DNA from: Gemmatimonadota bacterium
GTDB lineage: Bacteria > Gemmatimonadota > Gemmatimonadetes > Gemmatimonadales > GWC2-71-9
Length of the DNA stretch: 64,000 nt
Assembly (NCBI GenBank): GCA_041500125.1
Contig: JBGQLP010000002.1
Span: 92,322-156,321, forward strand
Direction: 5' to 3'
Shown: in pieces, positions 1 to 10,229 of the stretch
Position numbering within the stretch: the stretch's first letter is position 1
How the letters are laid out: each line of letters begins with the position of its first letter
Program-made: the position numbers and the translations under genes
The notes under the pieces: model-generated
Told to the model about the DNA's origin: nothing
Databases searched by the model: none
Seen by the model: only the letters and a program-made list of their open reading frames with translations

Positions 1-130
1 CGCGCCAGTCCGCGGCCGGGTACGGGGACTGGGTGAAGATGGCGCGCTTCTGGTGCAGATCGCCGACCGATCCGAGATTCCCCTCCGCAGCGGCTCGGTG
101 GAGTTGGCTGCAGGTTCTCCTCACCGATAA
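1..130 (+). CDS. birA: Biotin--[acetyl-CoA-carboxylase] ligase, C-terminal fragment (5' end outside window)
   Basis: Frame 2 is open from the window edge to TAA at 128-130. The translation APVRGRVRGLGEDGALLVQIADRSEIPLRSGSVELAAGSPHR resembles the BirA C-terminal domain (G.D.DGaLlv....g....SGeV.L). birA-coaX adjacency is common. Not in the ORF track because it has no start. Confidence 0.45.
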   Translation, partial: APVRGRVRGLGEDGALLVQIADRSEIPLRSGSVELAAGSPHR

Positions 131-138
131 CTTCGACC

Positions 139-918
139 ATGCTCCTCGCGCTCGACATTGGCAACACCGAGATCACCGTCGGCCTGTTTCACGGCAATGA
201 CCTCCAGGCTCACTGGCGCCTGACCACCAACCCCGACCGCACCCCGGACGAATGGGGCAGCGCCATTGGGGGATTCCTGGTGCAGGGGGGCCATTCGCCC
301 AACGAGGTGCGAGCGGTGTGTCTGGCGTCAGTGGCCCCGCCGGTCACTCAGAGTGTGGTCGAGGGCGTGGCCCTCACCACCGGCTGCACCGGTGTCACCA
401 TCGACGCGCGAACCCCGCTCCCGGTGACGCTCGACGTCGATGAGCCGCTCACCGTGGGAGCGGATCGCATCGTCAACGTGCTGGCCGCGGTGGAGCTCTT
501 TCGGGCGGACACGATCGTAGTCGATTTCGGTACCGCCACCACCTTCGACTGCGTGACCGCCGACGCCCGGTTCCTCGGCGGCGCCATCATGCCGGGTCTC
601 CGGACCTCCGCCGATCAGCTTACCCGGCGCGCCGCCAAGCTCCCGGCCACCGAGCTCCGCGCTCCGACCCGGGTCATCGGTCGGCGAACCGAGGAATGCA
701 TCCAGGCCGGGGTGCTGTTCGGCGCCGCAGATGCGGTGGACGGAATGGTCCGCCGGATCACGGCCGAATGGCCCGGGAAGAAACGCCCGCGAGTCGTGGC
801 GACTGGCGGTCTGGCGCCCATCGTCGCGCCGATCAGCAGCACGATCGAGCTCACCGATCCCGACCTCACCCTGCGTGGGTTGCGCATCGCAGCGGGACAC
901 GTCGGCCTCGGGTGGTAA
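139..918 (+). CDS. coaX: Type III pantothenate kinase
   Basis: 259 aa with LALDIGNT and VDFGTATTFD ASKHA phosphate motifs and a C-terminal GGLA, typical of CoaX. Confidence 0.9.
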   Translation: MLLALDIGNTEITVGLFHGNDLQAHWRLTTNPDRTPDEWGSAIGGFLVQGGHSPNEVRAVCLASVAPPVTQSVVEGVALTTGCTGVTIDARTPLPVTLDVDEPLTVGADRIVNVLAAVELFRADTIVVDFGTATTFDCVTADARFLGGAIMPGLRTSADQLTRRAAKLPATELRAPTRVIGRRTEECIQAGVLFGAADAVDGMVRRITAEWPGKKRPRVVATGGLAPIVAPISSTIELTDPDLTLRGLRIAAGHVGLGW

Positions 919-1829
919 GCCGCGCCCGCCAGGCGGGCTACCGGCTGCTGGGCCCGTGGTTCGACTATCTACTCCACACCAGACCGGTTGAATGGCCCAT
1001 CGTCGCCGCTCACACTGCGGTGGGCTACCTGCTCGCTGTCGGGCTGCAGAACGCTGTTCGGGGCGCAGGCCTGGGGCCAGCGCTGCTCGGGATCGGGCTC
1101 TGGGTGATCTGCCTCAACGGCGGCACCCTCGCGCTCAACAGCGCCTACGACCGGGATGAAAGCGACGTCGCCTATCTCCGGCGGCCGCCCCGTCCTCCAG
1201 CGCATCTCGCCGGCTTCGGCCTCTCTCTCATGCTCGCCGGACTGGTTGGAGCGATCCTGCTGCCAACAGGATACCGTGCCGCCTACGCCGGGTGCCTTGT
1301 CCTGTCGGTGCTCTATTCAGTTCCGCCGGCTCGTCTCAAGGCGGTTCCGGGAGCCGACTGGGCCATCAACATGGTGGGCTTCGGGACACTGACTCCTTAC
1401 GCCGGTTGGGCAGCCACCGGGATACCGGTGGGACCGGTAGGGGGACTGGTGCTGTTAGGGTTCTGTCCCCTTTTCGCGGCGCTGTACCCGCTCACCCAGA
1501 TTTATCAGTTTGAGGAGGACGCCCGCCGGGGGGACCGCACTCTCGCTCGCACGCTCGGCGTGCGGCGCAGCTTGCTGATTGCAATCGGTGCAACCCTCGC
1601 AGCCTTTCTCTTGTTCGCGGCGGCTGGACTCAGGGCCGGCTGGAACTCGGCGGATGGCTGGCGCTGGTGGCTGCTGGGGTTCGCGGCAATCGGCTGGGGA
1701 CTGGTCCTCTGGCCCTGGCTTCGGCGCGGCCAAGGGATGAGCGCATCCGAGCATCAGCGCGGCATGTATCGTGCGCTCTTTGCCTGGGCGCTCACCGATC
1801 TTGCCGTGGTTCTGGCCTGGGGAACCTGA
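912..1829 (+). CDS. UbiA-family prenyltransferase (integral membrane)
   Basis: Multi-TM protein with the Asp-rich motif LNSAYDRDESD and a second acidic loop (YQFEEDARRGD). GTG at 912 overlaps the coaX stop. The track ORF start at 696 lies inside coaX and is probably spurious. Confidence 0.6.
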   Translation: MVSRARQAGYRLLGPWFDYLLHTRPVEWPIVAAHTAVGYLLAVGLQNAVRGAGLGPALLGIGLWVICLNGGTLALNSAYDRDESDVAYLRRPPRPPAHLAGFGLSLMLAGLVGAILLPTGYRAAYAGCLVLSVLYSVPPARLKAVPGADWAINMVGFGTLTPYAGWAATGIPVGPVGGLVLLGFCPLFAALYPLTQIYQFEEDARRGDRTLARTLGVRRSLLIAIGATLAAFLLFAAAGLRAGWNSADGWRWWLLGFAAIGWGLVLWPWLRRGQGMSASEHQRGMYRALFAWALTDLAVVLAWGT

Positions 1830-1893
1830 CCGCCCTTGGCCCGCAAAGCGGCGCCTCGGTATACTTGACCTTCTCACCGCATTTGGAGATGGA

Positions 1894-2526
1894 ATGACCT
1901 CGACCGCGGAAGTGAAGCGCCAGTACGACGCGACCGATGTCCCGGCAATCGTCGCGGCCTCGGTCAAGCTCGGGCTGCTGGAGGCAGCACTGGTGCTGCT
2001 CTTTTCCCTGGCTTCGCGGCTCCTCGGCGGACCAATCGAGATAGTCGTCTGTGCCCTCATACTGCTGGTAGGTCTCGCGGCAGTCACGATGCTTCCGGGC
2101 CTGTGGACCAGGGCCTTCACCATCGAGGGGATCGCTGGCGCCGCCGGGATCGGCCTGGGCGCAGCCGCGGTGTTTCTTCTCATCGACGTCATCCTGCTCC
2201 AGAACATTGGAACCTACAGTCACCGGTGGCACGAGATCGGCGGTGGCAGCGACTGGTGGTACCATCCGGTCTGGTGGATGGTGGGTACCTTCCTGCCCTG
2301 GATGGGGGCCTGGATCCTGGCAAATCAGACCGCGAGAGACGGACGCCCCGCTGCCGCGCTCGGGCTGCTGACCGCGTTCGTGGCGGCCATCATCATCGCG
2401 GTGCTCGCCATTCAGCTCGGTTTCCCCGGGGCGCGCTGGACGCTGGGAACCTTTGCCGTGGCCTTCCTGCCGGGGCTGGTCGTCGCCACGATCGCTTCAT
2501 CCATCATCGGGAAGCGCCCCGCCTGA
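1894..2526 (+). CDS. Hypothetical integral membrane protein
   Basis: ATG at 1894 preceded by GGAGATGG. About 6 hydrophobic helices. No motif recognised. Confidence 0.55.
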   Translation: MTSTAEVKRQYDATDVPAIVAASVKLGLLEAALVLLFSLASRLLGGPIEIVVCALILLVGLAAVTMLPGLWTRAFTIEGIAGAAGIGLGAAAVFLLIDVILLQNIGTYSHRWHEIGGGSDWWYHPVWWMVGTFLPWMGAWILANQTARDGRPAAALGLLTAFVAAIIIAVLAIQLGFPGARWTLGTFAVAFLPGLVVATIASSIIGKRPA

Positions 2527-2530
2527 CCCC

Positions 2531-2860
2531 ATGCGCTGGGTCCGCCTGTTCTTTCGCATCTTCGGTTGGCTGCTCACGCCGTTCCTGGCCTGGGCAGCTT
2601 CATTTTTTGGAGCGGTGGCCGGAGCGCTGCTCGCCATGAAGCTGGATGATCCGGTCCGGGGCTTGGCCGTCACTGCCGTCTGCGGGGGCATTGCCGGTTT
2701 CGCGGCGCTGATCGGCTGGCTGCATTACTTGAGACGGTCACCCGAAATCCGCGAGGTCCTGGCGGTGACCGAGGACGGAACCCCGGACACGACCGACTTC
2801 GCTTCCGTGCCCGAGGTTCCTGAGGAAGTCGCTGAGCCCGAGCCATCCCAGCCGAGTTGA
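2531..2860 (+). CDS. Hypothetical small membrane protein with acidic C-terminal tail
   Basis: ATG at 2531 lies 5 nt after the upstream stop. Two predicted TM helices followed by the tail EVPEEVAEPEPSQPS. Confidence 0.45.
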   Translation: MRWVRLFFRIFGWLLTPFLAWAASFFGAVAGALLAMKLDDPVRGLAVTAVCGGIAGFAALIGWLHYLRRSPEIREVLAVTEDGTPDTTDFASVPEVPEEVAEPEPSQPS

Positions 2861-3270
2861 CGCCGCTGCGAATCCCTCACCCAAGGCAGTTCCGACTTGC
2901 GTTCGCCGCTCTGCTTCTGTCCGCCTGCCGCACGGACCAGCGGCCACGGGCCAACGGTGAGACCGGCGATGCCTCCAAGCCTTCCGACTCGCTCGTCATC
3001 TCAGCCGCCGGCGGAGTCGAGGTCTGGTTTACCCTCGCGCGGGCAGCGCAAGGTCCGGACGGCAAGACCTGCCTTGAACGCGGTCTCGAGATCCGCCGGG
3101 GTGAAACTCGGGTGCAGGTCCCGCTGCTCTACACCGGGACCCCTCCGGTTCTCCTCGACGATTCGACCATGCGAGCGCTGCTGTGGAACCACTGCCGGCC
3201 GGTTGATGCCTACCGAGTGGACCTCCGGAGCGGGCGGCCCCTCAGGGAAAATGTCAGGAGTAGACCGTGA
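2857..3270 (+). CDS. Hypothetical lipoprotein
   Basis: TTG start overlaps the upstream stop (TTGA). Lipobox-like ALLLSAC after a basic N-terminus. Confidence 0.45.
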   Translation: MTPLRIPHPRQFRLAFAALLLSACRTDQRPRANGETGDASKPSDSLVISAAGGVEVWFTLARAAQGPDGKTCLERGLEIRRGETRVQVPLLYTGTPPVLLDDSTMRALLWNHCRPVDAYRVDLRSGRPLRENVRSRP

Positions 3271-4268
3271 GGCGGGGGCTCTGGCGCGGGGTTTGGTGCT
3301 CCTGGTGTGGAATGGCCGTCGGGTTCTGGGGCCTGGGGGCCGGCGGTGCGGCAGCGCAGACGATCGACGCGCGCATGGGACGCTTCTTCAATTCGACTGG
3401 ATGGACTGCTTATCGGCTGGGGATCACCCGTCCTCTTGTCGGGATACTTGGAGCCCAGCTCCATGGGGACGTTCTGCACCGCTACGGCGGAGACCCGGGG
3501 GGCCTGGCGGGGATCGGTGCCGACCTCACCGCATTTCGCACCGGCCACGACGGTCCCTACCTCATCGCCGGATTGAGCGGGGGGCTCGGGTCGGAAAGCT
3601 CGAACGCCTTGTCCAGTCTCTGGGGCTCCTGGTCCGCGGGGTTGGGCTACGATCTCTTTCCGCTTTCCTTCATGTCGGTGGGCGCGGAAGCGCGCTGGCG
3701 CGAGCTGTCGCTCGGCAAACGGGACGGACTCGAGCTCGCAGGAGGACTGACGATTCATCTCGGCGGAGCACCGCCCTCCGCACGCCCGCTGGCCCAACGG
3801 CCTGCGTCGGTCCCACCAATCATCGGGTCGACCGAGCTCGCGCCGGTGCCGGGGGAGGTCCAGTCGCCTCCGGCGACCCTGGCCGACTCCGTTATCGCGA
3901 CCGCCACCGAGGCGATGGGCCGGCCCTATGAGTTCGGTGGGACTGGCGCCAACGGTGAGGGATTCGACTGCTCGGGCTTGATTCAGTACGCCTACGGCAA
4001 ACATGGGATCATCTTGCCCCGGCGAAGCACCGACCAGGCACGGGAAGGCGCCAAAGTAGATCGCACGCTGGCGCAACTGAGGCCGGGAGACCTGCTGACG
4101 TTCTCGAATCGGGGCGGGGCCATTACCCACGTAGGGCTCTACATGGGCAAGAGTCGGTTCATTCACAGCGCCACCCGTGGCGTGCAGGTGAGCACGCTCA
4201 CCGCTGAAGATCCCTATGGTCGGTGGTGGTACAAACGCTGGGTGGGAGTGAGGCGGCTTGTACCATAA
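3267..4268 (+). CDS. NlpC/P60 family peptidoglycan endopeptidase with N-terminal beta-rich (OMP-like) domain
   Basis: C-terminal GFDCSGLIQYAY (catalytic Cys) and ITHVGLYMG (His) are NlpC/P60 motifs. N-terminal signal-like segment ending AAQ. Residues ~40-170 have alternating Gly/aromatic beta-strand character. Confidence 0.8.
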   Translation: MRRGLWRGVWCSWCGMAVGFWGLGAGGAAAQTIDARMGRFFNSTGWTAYRLGITRPLVGILGAQLHGDVLHRYGGDPGGLAGIGADLTAFRTGHDGPYLIAGLSGGLGSESSNALSSLWGSWSAGLGYDLFPLSFMSVGAEARWRELSLGKRDGLELAGGLTIHLGGAPPSARPLAQRPASVPPIIGSTELAPVPGEVQSPPATLADSVIATATEAMGRPYEFGGTGANGEGFDCSGLIQYAYGKHGIILPRRSTDQAREGAKVDRTLAQLRPGDLLTFSNRGGAITHVGLYMGKSRFIHSATRGVQVSTLTAEDPYGRWWYKRWVGVRRLVP

Positions 4269-4314
4269 GGGGCGTAGTATGCCTTCACTCCGCCCCCTAC
4301 GGACCCTTCACCGG

Positions 4315-5394
4315 TTACTGATGAGTCGACTCCTCGTGCACGGCGCCGCCGCTGTGGTCGTGATGCATTCCCGACATGGACTCATCCCCGCCACGCACCT
4401 GGAGTGAGGCCAGGTCCCGCTGATAGGTCGGATCGGAGAGATCGATCGCCGGCCAGCGCTTCATGTCGTCGGGCACGAAGAGGCCGACCATGTGCGCCAT
4501 CGCCCCTTTGACCCGCAGCTCTCCCGTCGGGTTGTCGTATTCGCCAACTACCCGGTACCGATGCTTGGCCTTGAGCCGGAGCCCGGCACCACTCACCCCG
4601 AACAGCTTCCGGCTCACCTTTACCAGCTTCCCGTCGGGAGCCCGCTCGGCCACCACCTGGGTGATCACCTTGCCGGTCTCCGCATCTTCCAACTGCACCC
4701 GGGTGCCGTAGTCGTGCATGTGTCCGCCCACTCCGAGCAGCCGGCCACCGATGGGCAGGCTGAATTCAAAGGCTTTCACGGAATGCCCCGGCGGCACGTC
4801 GAACGTATTGGTCCCGCCCACCGTCAGGTTGACGTCCATGTAGATCGGTAGCGCGTTCACCGGCTGCGGATTCTGGTTCTTGGGGGTCCACAGCATGGTG
4901 AGCTTGAGATACACGCCCTGCAGATCCTTACCGGTGTCGTTGTGCCAGGCCACGTACATGCCGAGCTTCATCCCCGGCTTCATCGGTACGCCGATGGTCT
5001 TGGGGACGCTGATCTCGTCGTCGGTCTCCGTGCCCGCACCCATCAGCCGTTCCGCCGCGGAGTAGAGCAGCTGCCGCCGGCTGAAGTTCACCATGATGAG
5101 GTGGTGCATGACATGCCGAGGGACTGCCTTGCCCTGGGCGTCGGCGAGGTCTACCCGGAAGCCGCGAAACCAGCCCTCCACCGGCCAGGAGAAGTTCTGG
5201 ACCGGGGTGTCGTGTGACATCCCGAGATCCATCATCGCGTGGCTTTCCATCGGCGGCATGTTGGGTAAATCAAAGGGCCCGCTCGTGATGGTGAGCTCGT
5301 GCCGGGAGGAATCGACGGAGATGGTCACCACGGGCGGTTTGGGTCCCCCGATACCGGCGCTTACCAAGGCAGTTAACAAGCAGCTCCACAACAT
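4315..5394 (-). CDS. Exported protein, possible PHM/DBH-like two-copper monooxygenase fold with His/Met-rich tail
   Basis: Signal-like N-terminus. Candidate ligands HH (aa 97-98), H151, HMH (aa 225-227) and M299/M302 have spacing close to the peptidylglycine monooxygenase CuH/CuM ligands. C-terminal tail is ESMSGMHHDHSGGAVHEESTHQ. The CDS call is solid; the function is inference. Confidence 0.4.
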   Translation of the reverse strand: MLWSCLLTALVSAGIGGPKPPVVTISVDSSRHELTITSGPFDLPNMPPMESHAMMDLGMSHDTPVQNFSWPVEGWFRGFRVDLADAQGKAVPRHVMHHLIMVNFSRRQLLYSAAERLMGAGTETDDEISVPKTIGVPMKPGMKLGMYVAWHNDTGKDLQGVYLKLTMLWTPKNQNPQPVNALPIYMDVNLTVGGTNTFDVPPGHSVKAFEFSLPIGGRLLGVGGHMHDYGTRVQLEDAETGKVITQVVAERAPDGKLVKVSRKLFGVSGAGLRLKAKHRYRVVGEYDNPTGELRVKGAMAHMVGLFVPDDMKRWPAIDLSDPTYQRDLASLQVRGGDESMSGMHHDHSGGAVHEESTHQ

Positions 5395-5518
5395 GGGCCC
5401 GCTCCCGAAGTTGGAGACCAGTTTACGCCATTGCGCGGCCGATGCCTGCTACGCAGTTTTCGGTCACCGGTCGATCAAAGAATGCGTTGGGACCGCAAAA
5501 TCTTGAGACGGATACCCA

Positions 5519-6349
5519 ATGTCAAGCATCCGTGTGCCGATCCTCCTCGGAGTCGTCGCCCTCACCTGGGTCACCAGCGGAGCGGGGCAGCAGCGGTTTT
5601 TCCCCGCGGTCAGAAGCTTCGAGCTGCCTGAGGCCTCGCCCCGGGTCCACGGGTTTGTGGGCCGCCTCCTCTCCGCCCAGCGGGGCGACAGCCGCTTCGG
5701 GCAAGAGCACGAGGGCGAAGTCGTGCTCGGTGAAAACTTTCCCTTGGTGACACTGAAGGGCGGCGCCCGGCCCATCATCTTCGGTCTGGGCTCACAGGTC
5801 TACGGCCGGTTCAGTCTCACCGACCCCAAGAGCGCCCTCATCAGCAACGATTGGGTGGTCGGAGTCAACACCACTGCCGGGCTGGGACCCTGGGCGCTGA
5901 CGCTGGAGGTCTACCATGAGAGCAGTCATCTAGGCGATGAATACGGCAGCCGCTTCCAGTCGCCCCGACTGGACTGGACCCGGGAGGTTCTCGCCGGCTG
6001 GGCCAGCTATGTCGTTGGGGTCTGGCGCTTCACTGCCGGCACCAGCTACGTGTTGGATGATCAGCTCAACCTCCCTGCTCCCGCTGGCTCCCTGGCCATC
6101 GATTACCGGGGTAAGCCCCGCCGGCTGCTGGGTGGTCTGGGGCGGCCGATCGCCGGGCTCTTCACCGAAGCCGAGGCCGCTACCGCCTGGCGGATGAGCA
6201 CCTCGGCGAAGCTTGGCGTGGCCTTCGCCACTGGTGCTACCCACGACATCAGCGTCGGGCTCATCGCGCACGACGGCCTCTCCACCCAGCGACAATTCTT
6301 CCGCCAGGAAAGTCAGTACGTAGGAGTGGAGCTGCGGTTCGACCTGTAG
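5519..6349 (+). CDS. DUF1207-like exported/outer-membrane protein
   Basis: Signal peptide, then YHESSHLGDEY, which resembles the conserved HxSSHLGDE core I recall for DUF1207. Confidence 0.5.
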   Translation: MSSIRVPILLGVVALTWVTSGAGQQRFFPAVRSFELPEASPRVHGFVGRLLSAQRGDSRFGQEHEGEVVLGENFPLVTLKGGARPIIFGLGSQVYGRFSLTDPKSALISNDWVVGVNTTAGLGPWALTLEVYHESSHLGDEYGSRFQSPRLDWTREVLAGWASYVVGVWRFTAGTSYVLDDQLNLPAPAGSLAIDYRGKPRRLLGGLGRPIAGLFTEAEAATAWRMSTSAKLGVAFATGATHDISVGLIAHDGLSTQRQFFRQESQYVGVELRFDL

Positions 6350-6496
6350 CAACGGACGGCCTCGGCGCTTTTCGGCCTTTCACCTGTCAACCCGTACGCG
6401 TATCCCCCGATTGCCTGTCCCGCCGTCCTCCCATTCTGCCATCCTGACACAGTTCCCGGGCACCTCACTTGCTATTGCAGCGGCAGAACACCCGGC

Positions 6497-6524
6497 TTGA
6501 CATGGGTGGGTCTGCTCTTATCTT
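6497..6524 (+). promoter_or_regulatory. Sigma70-type promoter of groESL
   Basis: TTGACA (6497-6502), 16-nt spacer, TATCTT (6519-6524). The CIRCE element starts 8 nt downstream. Confidence 0.6.
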
Positions 6525-6531
6525 TCGGGCC

Positions 6532-6558
6532 TTAGCACTCTCAGTCCTTGAGTGCCAA
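6532..6558 (+). promoter_or_regulatory. CIRCE operator (HrcA binding site)
   Basis: TTAGCACTC-N9-GAGTGCCAA against the consensus TTAGCACTC-N9-GAGTGCTAA (one mismatch), 60 nt upstream of groES. Confidence 0.9.
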
Positions 6559-6617
6559 GCCATTTAGAATCATTAACTTAGCACCGTCTAACCAATCCAG
6601 TGGTGGAGGTCGTACCG

Positions 6618-6932
6618 ATGGCAACTGCTACCAAGGCCAAGCCCAGCCTCAAGATTCAACCGCTCGAAGACCGTGTGGTCATCATGCCGTCGGATGAGGC
6701 GGAGACCATGCGCGGGGGGCTCTACATCCCCGATACCGCGAAGGAGAAGCCGACCCAGGGTGAAGTGATTGCGGTCGGTCCCGGCCGGGTCGAGAAGGGC
6801 GCGCGGGTTCCGATCGATCTCAAGGTCGGCGACAGCGTGATTTACGGGAAGTACAGCGGCACTCCGTTCCAGCTGGGCGATGAGGAAGTGATCATCATCA
6901 AAGCTTCGGACGTTCTGGCCAAGATCAGCTAA
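6618..6932 (+). CDS. groES: Co-chaperonin GroES
   Basis: ATG at 6618 preceded by GGAGG (6605-6609). The sequence LKIQPLEDRVVI...GGLYIPDTAKEKP.QGEVIAVGPG is canonical GroES. Confidence 0.95.
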   Translation: MATATKAKPSLKIQPLEDRVVIMPSDEAETMRGGLYIPDTAKEKPTQGEVIAVGPGRVEKGARVPIDLKVGDSVIYGKYSGTPFQLGDEEVIIIKASDVLAKIS

Positions 6933-6979
6933 ACCGACGCGGGTGAGCCTGCGCTCCCCCCGAACCCTTCAGGAGATGA

Positions 6980-8614
<1,635 letters not shown>

Positions 8615-8637
8615 GATCCGTAAACGGTTAGAACGAA

Positions 8638-8669
8638 GCGCCCCGGGCAGCTGCCCGGGGCGCTTTTTT
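8638..8669 (+). terminator. Rho-independent terminator after groEL
   Basis: Perfect palindrome GCGCCCCGGGCAG/CTGCCCGGGGCGC followed by TTTTTT (8664-8669). Confidence 0.85.
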
Positions 8670-8778
8670 CGTATCTGCCCTCCAAACACTGCATCCCCAG
8701 TCTGGCTGAGTCTATCCCCCTGCTGTAGGTTCGCATTTCGGGTATTGGGTGACTGGAACTGTCTCAGGAGGAGGTTCT

Positions 8779-9531
8779 ATGACCACCATCCCGCTGGTAC
8801 GGTGGCTCGCCTGGCTGCTTTCGCTCTCGCTCACCACCCTGGTGCCCAGCCTGGCGGGGCAGTCACAGCCCGCGATCACCGACGCGATCATCGGTGAGTC
8901 CAATCCGATCAGTCCCGAGATCAGCACTGCGCAGCTGCAACAGGCCCTCAGGGAGGGCAAGACCCCGGTCCTCGACGTGCGCTCGGCTCAGGAGTACGCC
9001 ATCGCCCACATTCCTGGAAGCATCAATCACTATGAGAAGGAAGTCGAACAGATCACCAAGGCATATCCGGACCACAAAACGGCCCTGATCCTCTATTGCA
9101 ACGGGCCCTACTGCGGCAAGTCGATACGGCTTTCCGAGGAATTGAAGAAACAGGGATACACCAATCTCCGCCGCTACCAGCTGGGTCTTCCGGTCTGGCG
9201 CGCGCTGGGCAACACGGTGCAGACCGATCTGCCGGGAGTGCGCTACGTGCTGGCCGGCGACAAGACCGCGGTGTGGGTCGATGCGCGCAGCGCCGAGACG
9301 TTTGCCAAGGGCAGCCTCCCCGGAGCGGTGAACATCGCCACGGGAGAGGCCGAGGCGGCGAATGATGATGGGCGTCTGCCCAAGAAGGACAAAGGCACCC
9401 GGGTCATCGTCTTCGGGGACTCGCCCGAGGAAGCGCGAGCGGTGGCAGAAGAGATCGCCCACAAGGCGTACTGGAACAGCAGCTATTTCGGGGGCCGTTT
9501 CTCCGACCTGAGGTCCGTGGCCGCGCGTTGA
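8779..9531 (+). CDS. Exported tandem rhodanese-domain protein (sulfurtransferase-like)
   Basis: ATG at 8779 after AGGAGGAGG. Signal peptide. LDVRSAQEYAIAHIPGSIN and YCNGPYCGKS form a rhodanese active-site loop, followed by a second rhodanese-like half. Confidence 0.75.
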   Translation: MTTIPLVRWLAWLLSLSLTTLVPSLAGQSQPAITDAIIGESNPISPEISTAQLQQALREGKTPVLDVRSAQEYAIAHIPGSINHYEKEVEQITKAYPDHKTALILYCNGPYCGKSIRLSEELKKQGYTNLRRYQLGLPVWRALGNTVQTDLPGVRYVLAGDKTAVWVDARSAETFAKGSLPGAVNIATGEAEAANDDGRLPKKDKGTRVIVFGDSPEEARAVAEEIAHKAYWNSSYFGGRFSDLRSVAAR

Positions 9532-9707
9532 GCCTGGGCCGAAGCGTCGCGTAATTCCCTGGCTCGGGTGGATCGCCCGCTGCAGATGGTCGCACTCTGG
9601 TGGCGGCTGTGGCCCTCCAACCACTTACGAGCGACCTCACCCGGTATGACAAATGCGGCGAGTGGCCGAATGCCTCGCACGGTCATTCCCTCAACGGGCG
9701 GAGCCGC

Positions 9708-10229
9708 ATGCCAAAGCCTTCACCTGGCCAGAAGCCCGATCCGATGTCAGGCGTGGTCGACCGCCTGCTGGCGCAGCTCCCCGGGCTGCAAGGCGAAGCC
9801 CCCATCTCTCGCGGGGCCTCGCACCAAGTAGGCTCGTCCGGCACGTCAATCCATACCGTTCCCCCTCCTATGGAGGACCTCCTCGGGCCGTGGGCTCGGC
9901 TGGTTCTAGGCCTGGCGCTTGGCACCATGATGGCCTGGTGGCCGTACCCAAGGACCTGTGGCTTTCCCCTCGCTGGATATCTGACCGCGGTCCTCACTGT
10001 CGTCCTCGGAGGCGGGTGGGCCGCAGTGTCCGCCTGGAGATACCGGGCCAGCCTGGCTCACGTGCTCTCGCTCATTCTGGTGTTCTACGGGATGATGCTG
10101 GTGGCTGCGGAGCTCCTGCCGAGAACCGGATACGCCGTCGATCAGGCAACCTGGCAATGCCAAGAGAACGATCTCGATTCGTCCTGGTCGGCCTCCCTGA
10201 ATCATCAATCCGTGCGCAGCAACAGCTGA
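9708..10229 (+). CDS. Hypothetical membrane protein
   Basis: ATG at 9708. Three or four hydrophobic helices. The 3' end overlaps the convergent regulator gene by 25 nt. The start is uncertain (the track ORF begins at 9600). Confidence 0.45.
   Translation: MPKPSPGQKPDPMSGVVDRLLAQLPGLQGEAPISRGASHQVGSSGTSIHTVPPPMEDLLGPWARLVLGLALGTMMAWWPYPRTCGFPLAGYLTAVLTVVLGGGWAAVSAWRYRASLAHVLSLILVFYGMMLVAAELLPRTGYAVDQATWQCQENDLDSSWSASLNHQSVRSNS

Noticed and set aside
696-911. 5' extension of the UbiA-family ORF
   Set aside because: It overlaps coaX in another frame and encodes Arg-rich nonsense. GTG at 912, overlapping the coaX stop, is a better start.
3210-4166. 318-aa minus-strand ORF
   Set aside because: It is antisense to the NlpC/P60 gene, which has catalytic Cys/His motifs.
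4269-4296. GGGGCG...CGCCCC inverted repeat between the convergent NlpC/P60 and PHM-like genes, considered as a bidirectional terminator
   Set aside because: It has only a 6-bp stem, a 16-nt loop and no U-tract on either strand, which is too weak to call.
6574-6582. Second TTAGCACC half-site downstream of CIRCE
   Set aside because: No inverted partner (GGTGCTAA-like) is present at the required 9-nt spacing, so it is probably fortuitous.
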